From positions 3,578 to 67,577 of the forward strand of contig JBMFKQ010000002.1 of NCBI GenBank assembly GCA_049972095.1: a DNA stretch of 64,000 nt, written 5' to 3'. Below the pieces are notes generated by a model. That model searched no databases. It was not told the DNA's origin and worked only from the letters and a program-made list of their open reading frames with translations. The stretch is from Elusimicrobiales bacterium. Lineage in GTDB: Bacteria > Elusimicrobiota > Elusimicrobia > Elusimicrobiales > UBA9959. The position numbers were made by a program, and so were the translations under genes. This document shows positions 1 to 10,494 of the stretch, in pieces. The number at the start of each line of letters is the position of its first letter. Positions within the stretch are counted from its first letter, which is position 1.

Positions 1-487
1 TGTCTCTTACCGCAAGGATAAGTTTTGATGATTCAGAAAACTCAAGATAATCATATATAAAATCAATAATAATTTTATCATTTTCATCTATTATGCCAAA
101 CTTATCTTTTTTCTTTGCTATACAATAATTCGAGATGCATTGAGTTATTAAATCATATTTGAAAGGTAGTATTACGAAGTATTTTTTTTCTGCTTGAGCT
201 CCAAAACATTTTCCAACACATCTTACAGCCCGATCTGATTCATTTATTTGAATAAGCCCCCATCTGTTATTTCTCATCACAGCAATAACTTTGCCATCTA
301 TATAGGATGCCATATCATAAAGCTGTTTTGCACCTGTAAATGCGAAATCAGGCTCCCCATTGCTTTTACATATATCAATTGATTCTTTTAGTTTTATATA
401 AGGGTTTATACAAGGTATCAGCTCATCAGCTGTGCTATATGAGTTTAGTGTTACAACACCTAATATGACTAAAATAAACCTCATCAT
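1..487 (-). CDS. WG-repeat (KWG-like) secreted protein, truncated by the window edge (C-terminal part lies beyond position 1)
   Basis: Own minus-strand translation from ATG at 487-485 gives MMRFILVILGVVTLNSYS... (signal-peptide-like). It stays open to position 1. Repeated motifs NNRWGLIQINE and KDKFGIIDENDKIII resemble WG-containing repeats. It is absent from the ORF track because it is truncated. Confidence 0.5.
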   Translation of the reverse strand, partial: MMRFILVILGVVTLNSYSTADELIPCINPYIKLKESIDICKSNGEPDFAFTGAKQLYDMASYIDGKVIAVMRNNRWGLIQINESDRAVRCVGKCFGAQAEKKYFVILPFKYDLITQCISNYCIAKKKDKFGIIDENDKIIIDFIYDYLEFSESSKLILAVRD

Positions 488-499
488 CCCTCTTGTTTA

Positions 500-2956
500 T
501 TAGTGACTTGAAAGAATAATAGCTGATATGGCTTCTACATAGAGATATTTTTCTACACCTATCTCCTCTTCAACTCTTCCATTTTTGTTAAATCTTATTT
601 TCCAATTACCTTGTGGAATTTCAAATTTCAATCTTTTATTAAGTGGGTTTATGAGAACAATTATATCCCCCCATGGATCTAAATCCTGGCTTTTTATAAT
701 ATATCCTATTGTTGAAGGATGGGGAAGAGGGATTTTTAATTCGTCAAAAAAGATCAATCTCTTTCTTATCTCTTGCGCATTTTTTAGTCTAAATGCCGCA
801 TGTTCTTTTTTAATCCTTATTAAATCTTTGTGGTATGAAAAAAGATCAAAGTGAATCTTTTTGTTTGTCCATTCTATCATATTGATCTCATCACCAGCAT
901 TATAAGAGTTTTCATTTCCCTTTTTAGTTCTTATAAACTCCTCACCACTGTGTATGAAATATATTCCTTGAGAAAGAGCTACGATTGTCTGTGCAAGCTT
1001 TAGCCTCGAGATTGTTGTGGATTCGTCATCATTTGGCATTGAGAGTTTTAATCTATCATAAAGTGTGTGGTTATCATGACAGCTTACATAGTTTATTGTC
1101 TCAGATGGAGAATCAGTAAAACTATCTATGCTTGCCTTTATCCCTTTTATAACCTTATCTCTATAATTTCCTGACTGGACATATCCAAGATCATTTATAT
1201 TGAATACATTTCCTTTAATAGCATCTCTTATATCATCATTAAAAACCGCATACCCTTTACCTTTCTGAGCCCCCTTGCTTACCCCTTTTATAGGGGTCCC
1301 ACCCGCATGCCATGGCTCACCGTATATTATTATCTCTGGCTTTATTTTTTTTAGTTCTTTTAATATCTCATCCACAGTTTCAAGATCAATAAGCCCCATT
1401 AAATCAAACCTAAAGCCATCAATCCCATACTCTTCAACCCAGTATTTTAAGCTATCAATTATAAATCTTCTTCCAAATGGTGATTCTGTTTTAAATTCAT
1501 TTCCACATCCGGAACCATTATAGTAGCTGCCATCCTCCTTTGTTCTGTAATAATAATCTGGCGCAAGGGCGTTAAAATTATATACCTTTTCTTTTGTTTC
1601 TGCTGTGTGATTGTATACTACATCCATTATGATTCTTATACCATTCTTATGAAGTGTGTTTATCATCATCTTTGCTTCTTTTATTTTTCCCTCCTTTTTG
1701 TTTTCAGCAAACCACCCGTCAGGTGAGTTAAAGCTTACGGGCATATAACCCCAATCATAGGAATCAGACTCTTCATCCTTTTCAAAATCATAGAAAGGCA
1801 TTATATGAACAGCGTTAACACCGAGCTCTATAAGATGAGATAAGGCAGTTTTTATCTCATTAAATGATGGATGATGAGTTTGATCTTCACAAAGCCCCAA
1901 ATATTTACCTTTGTGTTTTACCCCAGAAAGATTATCTATTGTAAAGTCTCTTATGCTCATCTCATATATAACATTTTTTAAAATATCAGCTTCTCTATTC
2001 GCCAACGGAGTTACTTTAAAATTGTCTTTGTATATCATTGCCCATTTGTTGTTATAAACAGAGACGCTTGCATATGGATCTATACCATAAAGTGTTTTAT
2101 CTGGATAAATAGCCATATACCTGTAAAGCCATCCATAATATGATGTTGATATTGTAATCTCCCATATAAAATTGCCTCTATATTTAAAAGGAAGAAGGAG
2201 CTGTTTATCTTCTCCATCTTTTTTAAGCACAAGATTGAGATCTTTTGCTGTTGAAAAAACTCTAAATAAAATGGAATTGCTATCAAATATCTCACCCAAC
2301 TTATCTTCTGGTGGGGTTATTGAGTATATTGCTTTTCCAAATCTAACAAGAGCATTGCCGTATTGTGATTTTATCCAGTATTCTCCCTCTCTTATTTTTT
2401 CAAGATCAATCTTTTCCCTTAGTTTGAGATATATGACATTTGTTTTTCTTGGGTTGTGCTTTATATTAAGTTGCTCTGTTTGTTCTTTGTTTTCCAATAT
2501 GAATGGTTGAAGATCTTTTGAAAAAACACCTCTGTTTAATACAACCCTTATCTCATCTCCATCATAATAAGCTGCAATGATTTTGGTTGATTTCTCTACC
2601 TCAAAAAGTGATGTATAAATCTTTGGATCCCCTTCAAAGATGTATATCTCTTTCTGATTTGTGTATTTGAATATTCTATCAAATGATTCTTTATCCTGCC
2701 AGTCCTTAAACTTTGGAAGTATTCCTATTTCTTTATTTTCAAGTGAGTATTTAGATGTATCAAGGATAAAAAGAAGCCCTTTATTTGTTAGGCTTTGAGG
2801 TAGTATCTCAAATCCTTCAAGTCCATCAGTCTTATTCCATATCCATAATCTCCATCCATCATAGTTTTCATCTATCCTGTTGTAATATATCTCAAGAGTA
2901 TGTGATGGAAGGGTGCTCATAATAAAACCCCATAAAACTAAAAACAGTTTTTTCAT
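500..2956 (-). CDS. Secreted type I pullulanase (GH13)
   Basis: 818 aa with an N-terminal signal peptide. GH13 conserved regions are DVVYNHT, GFRFDLMG, YGEPW and YVSCHDN, plus the pullulanase-type YDWGYMP motif. Confidence 0.9.
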   Translation of the reverse strand: MKKLFLVLWGFIMSTLPSHTLEIYYNRIDENYDGWRLWIWNKTDGLEGFEILPQSLTNKGLLFILDTSKYSLENKEIGILPKFKDWQDKESFDRIFKYTNQKEIYIFEGDPKIYTSLFEVEKSTKIIAAYYDGDEIRVVLNRGVFSKDLQPFILENKEQTEQLNIKHNPRKTNVIYLKLREKIDLEKIREGEYWIKSQYGNALVRFGKAIYSITPPEDKLGEIFDSNSILFRVFSTAKDLNLVLKKDGEDKQLLLPFKYRGNFIWEITISTSYYGWLYRYMAIYPDKTLYGIDPYASVSVYNNKWAMIYKDNFKVTPLANREADILKNVIYEMSIRDFTIDNLSGVKHKGKYLGLCEDQTHHPSFNEIKTALSHLIELGVNAVHIMPFYDFEKDEESDSYDWGYMPVSFNSPDGWFAENKKEGKIKEAKMMINTLHKNGIRIIMDVVYNHTAETKEKVYNFNALAPDYYYRTKEDGSYYNGSGCGNEFKTESPFGRRFIIDSLKYWVEEYGIDGFRFDLMGLIDLETVDEILKELKKIKPEIIIYGEPWHAGGTPIKGVSKGAQKGKGYAVFNDDIRDAIKGNVFNINDLGYVQSGNYRDKVIKGIKASIDSFTDSPSETINYVSCHDNHTLYDRLKLSMPNDDESTTISRLKLAQTIVALSQGIYFIHSGEEFIRTKKGNENSYNAGDEINMIEWTNKKIHFDLFSYHKDLIRIKKEHAAFRLKNAQEIRKRLIFFDELKIPLPHPSTIGYIIKSQDLDPWGDIIVLINPLNKRLKFEIPQGNWKIRFNKNGRVEEEIGVEKYLYVEAISAIILSSH

Positions 2957-2997
2957 ACCTATAATTATAGCAATTTAAAAAGTAAAATATTATTTAT

Positions 2998-4110
2998 ATG
3001 GCATTATTTCTATTTATTAGCTTGCTTTCCTATCTTTCAGCATCAACGGATTACTGGAAGATTGATCTTTCTACCTCCGATGTTGAATATTTGAAGCGAA
3101 AGATTAAAGAACAAAAGCTTATAAGAGGAATTCATCTTACAAGCTGGGTTGCTGGAGATGATAAAAAAAGGGCTGAGATTATTTCACACATAAAAAACTC
3201 AGTCATAAATACAGTTGTCATAGCAGTAAGAGAGAAAAACGGTGAGGTTTATATCCCTCAAGTCAACTTCTCCTTAAGATATGGCTCTTATCTGCCCGTG
3301 ATGAAAGACCCTAAGAAGGTTGTTGATGATTTTAAAAGGGAAGGGTTATATGTAATAGCAAGAATTGTTTGCTTCCATGATAACATAACTCCTAAAAAAA
3401 ACCCAAATCTTGCAGTAAGAAAAGCTGATGGAAGCCTTTGGAGGTCAAGAAGGGGTGATACATGGCTTGATCCTTATAATAAAGAAAATTGGAATTATAT
3501 ACTTGAGGTTGCAAAGAAATGTGCTGAATATGGATTTGATGAAGTACAGCTTGATTATGTGAGATATCCCACTGAAGGAGATGTCTCAGAGTGTGTATTC
3601 TCAAAGCCACATAATAAAGTAAATGCTATGAGAAATATTGTAGAGTTCATAAAACATATTAAAAATGAGATGAAGGATTATGGTGTTAAAGTCAGTGTTG
3701 ATGTTTTTGGTCTTACAACAGCATCTGATATGGGAATAGGACAAAACCTTTTGATGATCTCAGATATTGCAGACAGAGTTTATCCGATGATGTATCCATC
3801 ACATTATTATACAAGTGTTTATGGTATATCATATCCTGAGATAGAACCTTATAAGGTTATAAACAGAGGATTGGAAGAGGCAATAAAGGCTGTTGGCAAA
3901 AATTATTATAAAATCACTCCATACCTTCAGGATTTTTCTCTCAAGGTAAAATACACACCGTATCATGTAAGGGCACAAATAATAGCTGCAAAAAATAATA
4001 TGATTGATAGTTTTATCCTTTGGAATCCTAGTTCAAACTATTCGTGGAGTTTACTGAAAAAAGAGGTTTTTTGTTCGCTAATAGAGCCAGAAAAGTGTTT
4101 CAATGATTAG
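2998..4110 (+). CDS. Putative glycoside hydrolase, DUF4015-like TIM barrel
   Basis: 370 aa with a signal peptide. Motifs IRGIHLTSW, NTVVIAV and FDEVQLDYVRYP are typical of the DUF4015 putative glycosidase family. It is divergent from the pullulanase gene. Confidence 0.6.
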   Translation: MALFLFISLLSYLSASTDYWKIDLSTSDVEYLKRKIKEQKLIRGIHLTSWVAGDDKKRAEIISHIKNSVINTVVIAVREKNGEVYIPQVNFSLRYGSYLPVMKDPKKVVDDFKREGLYVIARIVCFHDNITPKKNPNLAVRKADGSLWRSRRGDTWLDPYNKENWNYILEVAKKCAEYGFDEVQLDYVRYPTEGDVSECVFSKPHNKVNAMRNIVEFIKHIKNEMKDYGVKVSVDVFGLTTASDMGIGQNLLMISDIADRVYPMMYPSHYYTSVYGISYPEIEPYKVINRGLEEAIKAVGKNYYKITPYLQDFSLKVKYTPYHVRAQIIAAKNNMIDSFILWNPSSNYSWSLLKKEVFCSLIEPEKCFND

Positions 4111-4120
4111 TTTTTAAATA

Positions 4121-4129
4121 TGGTAGAAT
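4121..4129 (+). promoter_or_regulatory. Candidate extended -10 element (TGgTAGAAT) for the tRNA-Lys/tRNA-Leu unit
   Basis: A TGn + TAGAAT match lies 8 nt upstream of tRNA-Lys position 1. The AT-rich background makes chance matches common. Confidence 0.3.
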
Positions 4130-4137
4130 TTAGTTAT

Positions 4138-4209
4138 GGGCCATTAGCTCAATGGTAGAGCAGGCGCCTCTTAAGCGCAAGGTTACAGGTTCGAGTCCTG
4201 TATGGCCCA
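4138..4209 (+). tRNA. tRNA-Lys (anticodon CTT)
   Basis: The cloverleaf folds by hand: acceptor GGGCCAT/ATGGCCC, D arm GCTC..GAGC, anticodon loop CTCTTAA, T arm CAGGTTCGAGTCCTG. No CCA is encoded. Confidence 0.9.
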
Positions 4210-4268
4210 AGGCTTGGTGTTACTAACCAATATTAAGAGGTTTTTGAAAAAATCTCAATAGAGAAAAA

Positions 4269-4348
4269 GCCCTCGTGGCGGAATTGGTAGACGCGCATGG
4301 CTTAGGACCATGTCCGAAAGGGTGCAGGTTCGAGTCCTGCCGAGGGCA
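4269..4348 (+). tRNA. tRNA-Leu (anticodon TAG), class II with long variable arm
   Basis: Acceptor GCCCTCG/CGAGGGC. D region TGGCGGAATTGGTAGACGCG is identical to classic bacterial tRNA-Leu. Anticodon arm is CATGG-CTTAGGA-CCATG and the T arm is GCAGGTTCGAGTCCTGC. Confidence 0.9.
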
Positions 4349-4451
4349 AATCTTTTTAACTTTAAATCTTACTATAATCTCAGAATTTAACAAAAGTGTG
4401 TGTTTTTTGATAGTTTAAATTTGATAAAATTAGATTAGACTTGGGGGATAG

Positions 4452-5696
4452 ATGAACTATAAAAGAGAAAAAACAGAGGGATGTAGTTTGGTTTATGAGG
4501 TGAGTTTTGAACCTACTGCTTATGAGATTATAGAGAAACAAGCATTTAATGAGGTTCAGAAAGAGGTATTATATCCTGGTTTTAGGAAAGGCAAGGTTCC
4601 TTATGAGATAATAAAAGAGCATTTTTCACAAGCAGTTAGAGAGAAAGTGGAGAAAATAGCCATTGGAAGGGCAGTAGGAGAAATAATTGAAAGGGATAAG
4701 ATAATTCCTGTTGTTCATCCCTCAGTTTATGATATAAAACATGAAATACCTTCAAAAAAACTTTCATTCAAAATCTACTTTGAGATATCACCTGTTTTTG
4801 AACCAAAAGGTTATACAGATTTTGAGATAGTTAAGAGAATTAGAAAAATAACAGATAAGGATGTGGCTAATTACATAGAGCAGATAAGAGAGCAAAATGC
4901 TTATCTAAAAAGCGTAGATGCTGTAGCTAGTGCAGATAAATATGTTGTAGTTGATTATGAGATATATGAAGATGGAAAGAAGGTTGATGAGGTTAGAAAT
5001 GAAATGGTTGATATGTCATCACCACAACAAATTGCCGGTTTTGAAGAAGCTATTGTTGGTGCAAAAAAAGGCGATATTAAAGAGTTTGAAACAAATTTTG
5101 ATAAGAGAAGATTAAAATTTGTTATTACTGTAAAGGATGTTAAGGAAAAGGTGATTCCCGATATGGATGATGCTATGATAAAACAGCTTGGGGCAAAGGA
5201 TATAGATGATCTTAAAAATCAGATAAGAGTCTTTCTTGAAGATGAGGAAAGGATTAAATCCGAAAAAGATTTCATTGAACAGATAGAGAATAAACTTATT
5301 GAGAATAACCAGTTTCCTCTTCCACCAACACTTCTCAGACAGGAAATGGAAGAGCTTTTTGAGATTGCAAAAAAAAGAGCAAATCTTCCTGCTGAATATA
5401 AACTTGATGTAAAGGATTATGAGGATGATCTCAAACCCATTGCTGAAAGAAACCTCAGAATATCCTATATACTTCGTGCAATATCTAAGAAGGAAAATAT
5501 AAAAGCAACAGAGGATGATTATCTTCGAGAGGTTGAAAAGATGATAAAAAATCTTAAAAATGAGATTGAGATAGACAAAGCAAAGGCTCTTTTTGAATCA
5601 AGAAAGGGATATATTCTTGCATTAATAACCGAAAACAAAACAATGGAATTCATAAAATCAAGGATAAAAGTAAAAGAAGAGATTGTTGAATATTAG
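4452..5696 (+). CDS. tig: Trigger factor
   Basis: 414 aa. It has the ribosome-binding-region motif GFRKGKVP, a central FKBP-like part, and sits directly upstream of clpP. Confidence 0.85.
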   Translation: MNYKREKTEGCSLVYEVSFEPTAYEIIEKQAFNEVQKEVLYPGFRKGKVPYEIIKEHFSQAVREKVEKIAIGRAVGEIIERDKIIPVVHPSVYDIKHEIPSKKLSFKIYFEISPVFEPKGYTDFEIVKRIRKITDKDVANYIEQIREQNAYLKSVDAVASADKYVVVDYEIYEDGKKVDEVRNEMVDMSSPQQIAGFEEAIVGAKKGDIKEFETNFDKRRLKFVITVKDVKEKVIPDMDDAMIKQLGAKDIDDLKNQIRVFLEDEERIKSEKDFIEQIENKLIENNQFPLPPTLLRQEMEELFEIAKKRANLPAEYKLDVKDYEDDLKPIAERNLRISYILRAISKKENIKATEDDYLREVEKMIKNLKNEIEIDKAKALFESRKGYILALITENKTMEFIKSRIKVKEEIVEY

Positions 5697-5708
5697 CAAG
5701 GAGGTATT

Positions 5709-6320
5709 ATGATAATACCCACAATAATAGAAACATGGAAAGGTCAAGGAGCAATGGTAGGCTATGATATATTTTCAAGGCTATTAAAGGACAGAATAAT
5801 ATTTGTCGGAGATCCTGAGGGAGCAATATCAACTGCATCTGCGAACAATATAATAGCTCAGCTTCTTTACCTTGAGGCTGAGGACCCAGAAAAGGATATA
5901 AATCTATATATAAACTCTCCAGGTGGTATGGTTACGGCTGGTCTTGCAGTTTATGATACTATGCAGTTTATAAAAGCACCAATAACAACTATATGTATGG
6001 GTATGGCAATGTCTTTTGGAGCACTGCTTCTTGCTGCGGGAACAAAGGGTAAAAGATTTGCACTTCCAAATGCAAGGATAATGATACATCAACCTCTTGT
6101 ATGGGGTCAAGGAATATCAGGTCAGGCAACAGACATAGATATAGAAAACAGAGAGATGCAGGAAACAAAGGCAAGGTTGATAAAAATACTTGCTAAACAC
6201 ACAGGACAAACTGAAGAAAAAATAAAGCAGGATACCGAGAGAAATTTTTATATGTCAGCTGAACAGGCCTTAGAATATGGAATAATAGATGGTATTCTTG
6301 AGTTTAAAAAAAAGATATAG
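5709..6320 (+). CDS. clpP: ATP-dependent Clp protease proteolytic subunit
   Basis: 203 aa with [21 protein letters not shown] (Ser nucleophile), IMIHQP (His) and a [10 protein letters not shown] region. An AAGGAGG ribosome binding site precedes it. Confidence 0.95.
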   Translation: MIIPTIIETWKGQGAMVGYDIFSRLLKDRIIFVGDPEGAISTASANNIIAQLLYLEAEDPEKDINLYINSPGGMVTAGLAVYDTMQFIKAPITTICMGMAMSFGALLLAAGTKGKRFALPNARIMIHQPLVWGQGISGQATDIDIENREMQETKARLIKILAKHTGQTEEKIKQDTERNFYMSAEQALEYGIIDGILEFKKKI

Positions 6321-6367
6321 AAAAAGTTAGAGGATTTCTATTACTGCAATTAAAGGAGGTCAAATAA

Positions 6368-8701
6368 ATGGAGGAGAAGAATTATTTTTCAAGATTACCC
6401 CTTATAGCAATAAGAGATATAGTGGTTTTTCCCAATTTTCATTTCCCTCTTGCGGTTACGCGCTTAAAATCTATAAATGCTATTGAACAGTCAATTGAGA
6501 TATTTTCTAAAAAAATAATAGCCCTAACTCAGAAAAAACCAACAATAGATGATCCATCTCCATCGGATCTATATACAGTTGGGGTTCTCTGTGAGATAAA
6601 TCAGCATATGAAGCTTCCAGACGGAACAATGAGGGTTATTCTTAATGGCATTGAAAGGGTTGTTATAAAAGATATGTATATCAACAAAAAACCAGAGTAT
6701 TTTTATTGTGATTATGAAAAGGCTGAAGAGAGGCTCTATCTAAACTCTGAGCTAACAGCACTTGCAAGACACTTGATTGCTGTTTTTGATGATTATGTAA
6801 AACTGACAGTAAAAACAAGTGTTAATATACAGATAATGATGGATGAGATATCAAATCCTTCTAAACTCTGTGATAATATAGCAGCAAGCATAATACTCCC
6901 AATATCAGAAAAACAGGAAATCCTTGAGACATTTGATGTAAAGGAAAGGACGGAAAAGCTTATAAAATACTTAAGCAGAGAGGTTGAGATAATAAACCTT
7001 GAACAGAAGATTCACAATAGGGTCAAATCCCAGATAGAAAAATCTCAAAAGGAATATTATCTTAGCGAACAGATGAAGGCAATTCAAAAAGAGTTAAGAC
7101 AGAAAGATGATTTTGCAAAAGAGTTGGATGAATGGAAGAAAAAGATAAAAGCTGCAAAAATGCCCAAGGATGCAGAAGAGGCATGTGAGAGAGAGCTTAA
7201 TAGGCTTTCAAAGATGATGCCATTTTCACCAGAATCAACAGTATCAAGAACATACCTTGACTGGATGGTGTCACTTCCATGGGCAAAAGAGACAAAGGAT
7301 GTTATAGATCTCAAAAAGGCAAAGGAGATTTTAGACAAAGAGCATTTTGGGCTTAACAAACCCAAGGAGAGAGTCCTTGAGTTTCTTGCAGTTACTAAAC
7401 TGACCAATTCACTTAAAGGTCCAATACTATGTTTTGTCGGACCACCTGGAGTTGGGAAAACATCAATAGCACGTTCAATTGCAAATGCAATGGGGAGAAA
7501 TTTTGTAAGAATGAGTTTAGGAGGTGTGAGGGATGAGGCTGAGATAAGAGGGCATAGAAGAACATATATAGGCTCAATGCCGGGAAGAATAATTCAGAGT
7601 TTAAGAAAGGCAAAAAGTAAAAATCCTGTTTTTCTTATGGATGAGATTGATAAGATGGGGATAGACTGGAGGGGGGATCCTGCTGCTGCGCTTTTAGAGG
7701 TTCTTGATCCTGAACAAAACAAAGAATTTGTTGATCATTATATAGATCTTCCTTTTGATATATCAAAGGTTATGTTTATAGCAACTGCTAATACGCTTGA
7801 AGGAATCCCTGTAAGTTTAAGGGATAGACTTGAAATAATAGAATTTTCAGGATATACTCACAACGAAAAACTTCAAATAGCCAAGAATTATCTTATTCCA
7901 AGACAATTTAAGGAGCACGGAATAATGCGAGAAGAAACAAATGTCAATTTGACAGATGGAGCTATTACAAGAATAATAAATGAATATACAAAAGAAGCAG
8001 GTGTTAGAAATCTTGAAAGGGAGATAGCATCTCTAAGCAGGAAAATTGCTGTAAAAATTGTAGAGGGCAAGAGAGATATAGAGGTTAATGAGAAAAACAT
8101 TACTGATTATCTTGATATCCCTAAATATGTTGATGAGAGATATGATGAAAACTCTGTTGGAGTTGCAACTGGACTTGCATGGACTGAACACGGAGGGGAG
8201 GTGCTTTATATTGAAGCTGTTGAAATGCCAGGAAAAGGGAATCTTGTGGTTACTGGGAGGCTTGGTGAGGTTATGAAAGAATCAGCTCATATAGCATTTT
8301 CATTTGTTAAAAGTATACTGAAACCCTCACCTCGTTATCTTTCAGCTCATGATTTCCATATACATGTTCCTGAAGGAGCGATACCAAAGGATGGACCGTC
8401 AGCTGGGGTAACAATAGCAACTGCTATATATAGTCTTATCTCTAAAAAACCAGTTTTAAAGGGCATTTCGATGACAGGAGAACTTACTCTTACAGGGAAG
8501 GTTCTTGCTATAGGTGGGCTTAAGGAAAAGATAATAGCTTCTTATAGAGAGGGGATAAAAAGAGTTATATTCCCTTACTTGAATATCAAGGACCTTTCTA
8601 ATATACCATCAGAGATAAAAAATGATATGGAGCTTATTGCTGTTAAAAATATGAAGGAGGTTATAGAAATAACAATTGAGGGAAAGAGGACACAAAAGTA
8701 G
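6368..8701 (+). CDS. lon: Lon protease (LonA type)
   Basis: 777 aa with an N-terminal LON domain, Walker A GPPGVGKTS, Walker B FLMDEIDK, catalytic PKDGPSAGVT and GGLKEK. Confidence 0.95.
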   Translation: MEEKNYFSRLPLIAIRDIVVFPNFHFPLAVTRLKSINAIEQSIEIFSKKIIALTQKKPTIDDPSPSDLYTVGVLCEINQHMKLPDGTMRVILNGIERVVIKDMYINKKPEYFYCDYEKAEERLYLNSELTALARHLIAVFDDYVKLTVKTSVNIQIMMDEISNPSKLCDNIAASIILPISEKQEILETFDVKERTEKLIKYLSREVEIINLEQKIHNRVKSQIEKSQKEYYLSEQMKAIQKELRQKDDFAKELDEWKKKIKAAKMPKDAEEACERELNRLSKMMPFSPESTVSRTYLDWMVSLPWAKETKDVIDLKKAKEILDKEHFGLNKPKERVLEFLAVTKLTNSLKGPILCFVGPPGVGKTSIARSIANAMGRNFVRMSLGGVRDEAEIRGHRRTYIGSMPGRIIQSLRKAKSKNPVFLMDEIDKMGIDWRGDPAAALLEVLDPEQNKEFVDHYIDLPFDISKVMFIATANTLEGIPVSLRDRLEIIEFSGYTHNEKLQIAKNYLIPRQFKEHGIMREETNVNLTDGAITRIINEYTKEAGVRNLEREIASLSRKIAVKIVEGKRDIEVNEKNITDYLDIPKYVDERYDENSVGVATGLAWTEHGGEVLYIEAVEMPGKGNLVVTGRLGEVMKESAHIAFSFVKSILKPSPRYLSAHDFHIHVPEGAIPKDGPSAGVTIATAIYSLISKKPVLKGISMTGELTLTGKVLAIGGLKEKIIASYREGIKRVIFPYLNIKDLSNIPSEIKNDMELIAVKNMKEVIEITIEGKRTQK

Positions 8702-8712
8702 AGGATAAGTAT

Positions 8713-10494
8713 ATGAGATTGTTTTTAATATTGTTTAGTTTCTTTATACAAAACCATCTGTTTTCTTATGAACAATCCCTAACTGATGAGGCGACTAAGG
8801 GAAAGCTTGAGTCTGCAAGACTTGATGAGATGATTGAGAAGTATCTTGCAACCATATCTATGTATGATCCTGAAAGAGCAACATATCTTGGTATTCATGA
8901 CAATGACTATCTTTTGACATCAAGAGATTATGCAACACAAGGAAGTTTACTTGATGCAATTAGGTTTCTAAAAAAAGACATTGAAAGAATTGATTATGAG
9001 TCTCTTGATGTATTTAAAAGATCTGAATACAATACACTAAGCTCAATGATTGAAAACGATATCTATGGGATAGAAAACATAAAGAGACTTTCTCTTTATC
9101 CTCAGTATTATCTTGAGCCTTTTGATACTGTTTATTTTATGATGACGAAGGATTATGCTCCATATATGGCAAGAGCAAAGAATGCCCTTGCAAGGCTTTC
9201 AAAAATCCCATCTATTCTCTATCAGGCTGAAAGAAATATAACAAGACCACCAAGACCCTGGACAGTTTATTCAATAAACAGAGCATCTTATACTATTGTA
9301 AATCTCGGCGATTATTATCAGGTTTTTAGAAACTATATAGGACTTGACCCAACCCTTAAAACAGAATTTGAAAATATTATATCAGATTTGAAAACTGCGC
9401 TTGAGAGGTATAAAAGATTTCTTGAAAAAGAGGTTCTTCCAAGATCTGATGGCAAGGCATATTCAGGACTCTATACTTATGGTTTCTATCTTGAGAGATG
9501 GCATGGTATAGATTACAATCCTAGAAAGGCAATGAGGGTTGCAAAGAGAAATTTTATGAAGAATTATGCAAGGCTTGTTGAGGAAGCAAAAAAGATTGCC
9601 CCAGACAGATACTCTGAAGGTGGTATAGCAGCGGTTTATCAGTTTATTAGTGGAGATTATCCAGAATATGATAATGTGGTAAAAAATATATCCGATCTTT
9701 TTGAAAAAGCAAAGGATCATTTTGATGAATACAGGGTTATAAAATATCCTCAACAGCGGCTTCTGATAAGAACATCACCAGTTTTTTTTACTGGTTTTTA
9801 TCCTTCATTCTTCTACATCCCCCCTTTTGCTCTTGACAAAGAGAGGGTTGGAGAGATATATATTTATCTTCCAAATGAAAAGGATAAAGAAAAACAAGAA
9901 AAAATATTATCCTCACTTTATTCACAACCAAAGATCGAGCTTTTTATATCAAGCCTCTTAATCCCCGGACTTCACATCAGATATGATTATTTAGGTGGTT
10001 TATCAAAGATAAGAAAAGTTGCTTATCATCCAGCACTTGATGGGTGGATGGATTTTGCAATTGACCTTGCAATGGATATGGGATATTACTCAAGTGTATA
10101 TGCACCATTTCTTACACAGTATTTTAAAACCCTTAGAGCTTTGAGAGGATATCTTGATGTTGCTTACCATATTGAGGAGATCAATTGGGATGAGGCGAAA
10201 GAAAAATTTAATAAGTACTTTGGTCTAAACAATGATATGTGTGAATACGAGATGCTTAACATTTCTATGAAGCCAAGCTATTTTTTTGCTGCTGTTTATG
10301 GATATAATGAGATTGTTAAGCTTAAAAATAAGTTTGTTGGTTCCGAGAACAGGTTTTTTGATCTAAGAGAATTTAACTCTGACTTTCTTACAAGGGGAAA
10401 TATATCATTTAAGGATATAAAGGAAGAACTTAAAGTCATAAGGAAGGAAAGGCTTAAGAAAAAGATACTTGAAGAAGAGGAATATGAAGAATGA
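8713..10494 (+). CDS. DUF885-family secreted protein
   Basis: 593 aa with a signal peptide. It shows a DPERATYLGIHD-type N-terminal motif and a PGLH segment at the position of the family PGHH motif. Confidence 0.55.
   Translation: MRLFLILFSFFIQNHLFSYEQSLTDEATKGKLESARLDEMIEKYLATISMYDPERATYLGIHDNDYLLTSRDYATQGSLLDAIRFLKKDIERIDYESLDVFKRSEYNTLSSMIENDIYGIENIKRLSLYPQYYLEPFDTVYFMMTKDYAPYMARAKNALARLSKIPSILYQAERNITRPPRPWTVYSINRASYTIVNLGDYYQVFRNYIGLDPTLKTEFENIISDLKTALERYKRFLEKEVLPRSDGKAYSGLYTYGFYLERWHGIDYNPRKAMRVAKRNFMKNYARLVEEAKKIAPDRYSEGGIAAVYQFISGDYPEYDNVVKNISDLFEKAKDHFDEYRVIKYPQQRLLIRTSPVFFTGFYPSFFYIPPFALDKERVGEIYIYLPNEKDKEKQEKILSSLYSQPKIELFISSLLIPGLHIRYDYLGGLSKIRKVAYHPALDGWMDFAIDLAMDMGYYSSVYAPFLTQYFKTLRALRGYLDVAYHIEEINWDEAKEKFNKYFGLNNDMCEYEMLNISMKPSYFFAAVYGYNEIVKLKNKFVGSENRFFDLREFNSDFLTRGNISFKDIKEELKVIRKERLKKKILEEEEYEE

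Noticed and set aside
7084-7407. 107-aa minus-strand ORF (and similar ones at 7413-7613 and 7888-8100)
   Set aside because: These are antisense to lon, whose frame is unambiguous. They are Ser/Leu/Phe-rich shadow ORFs.
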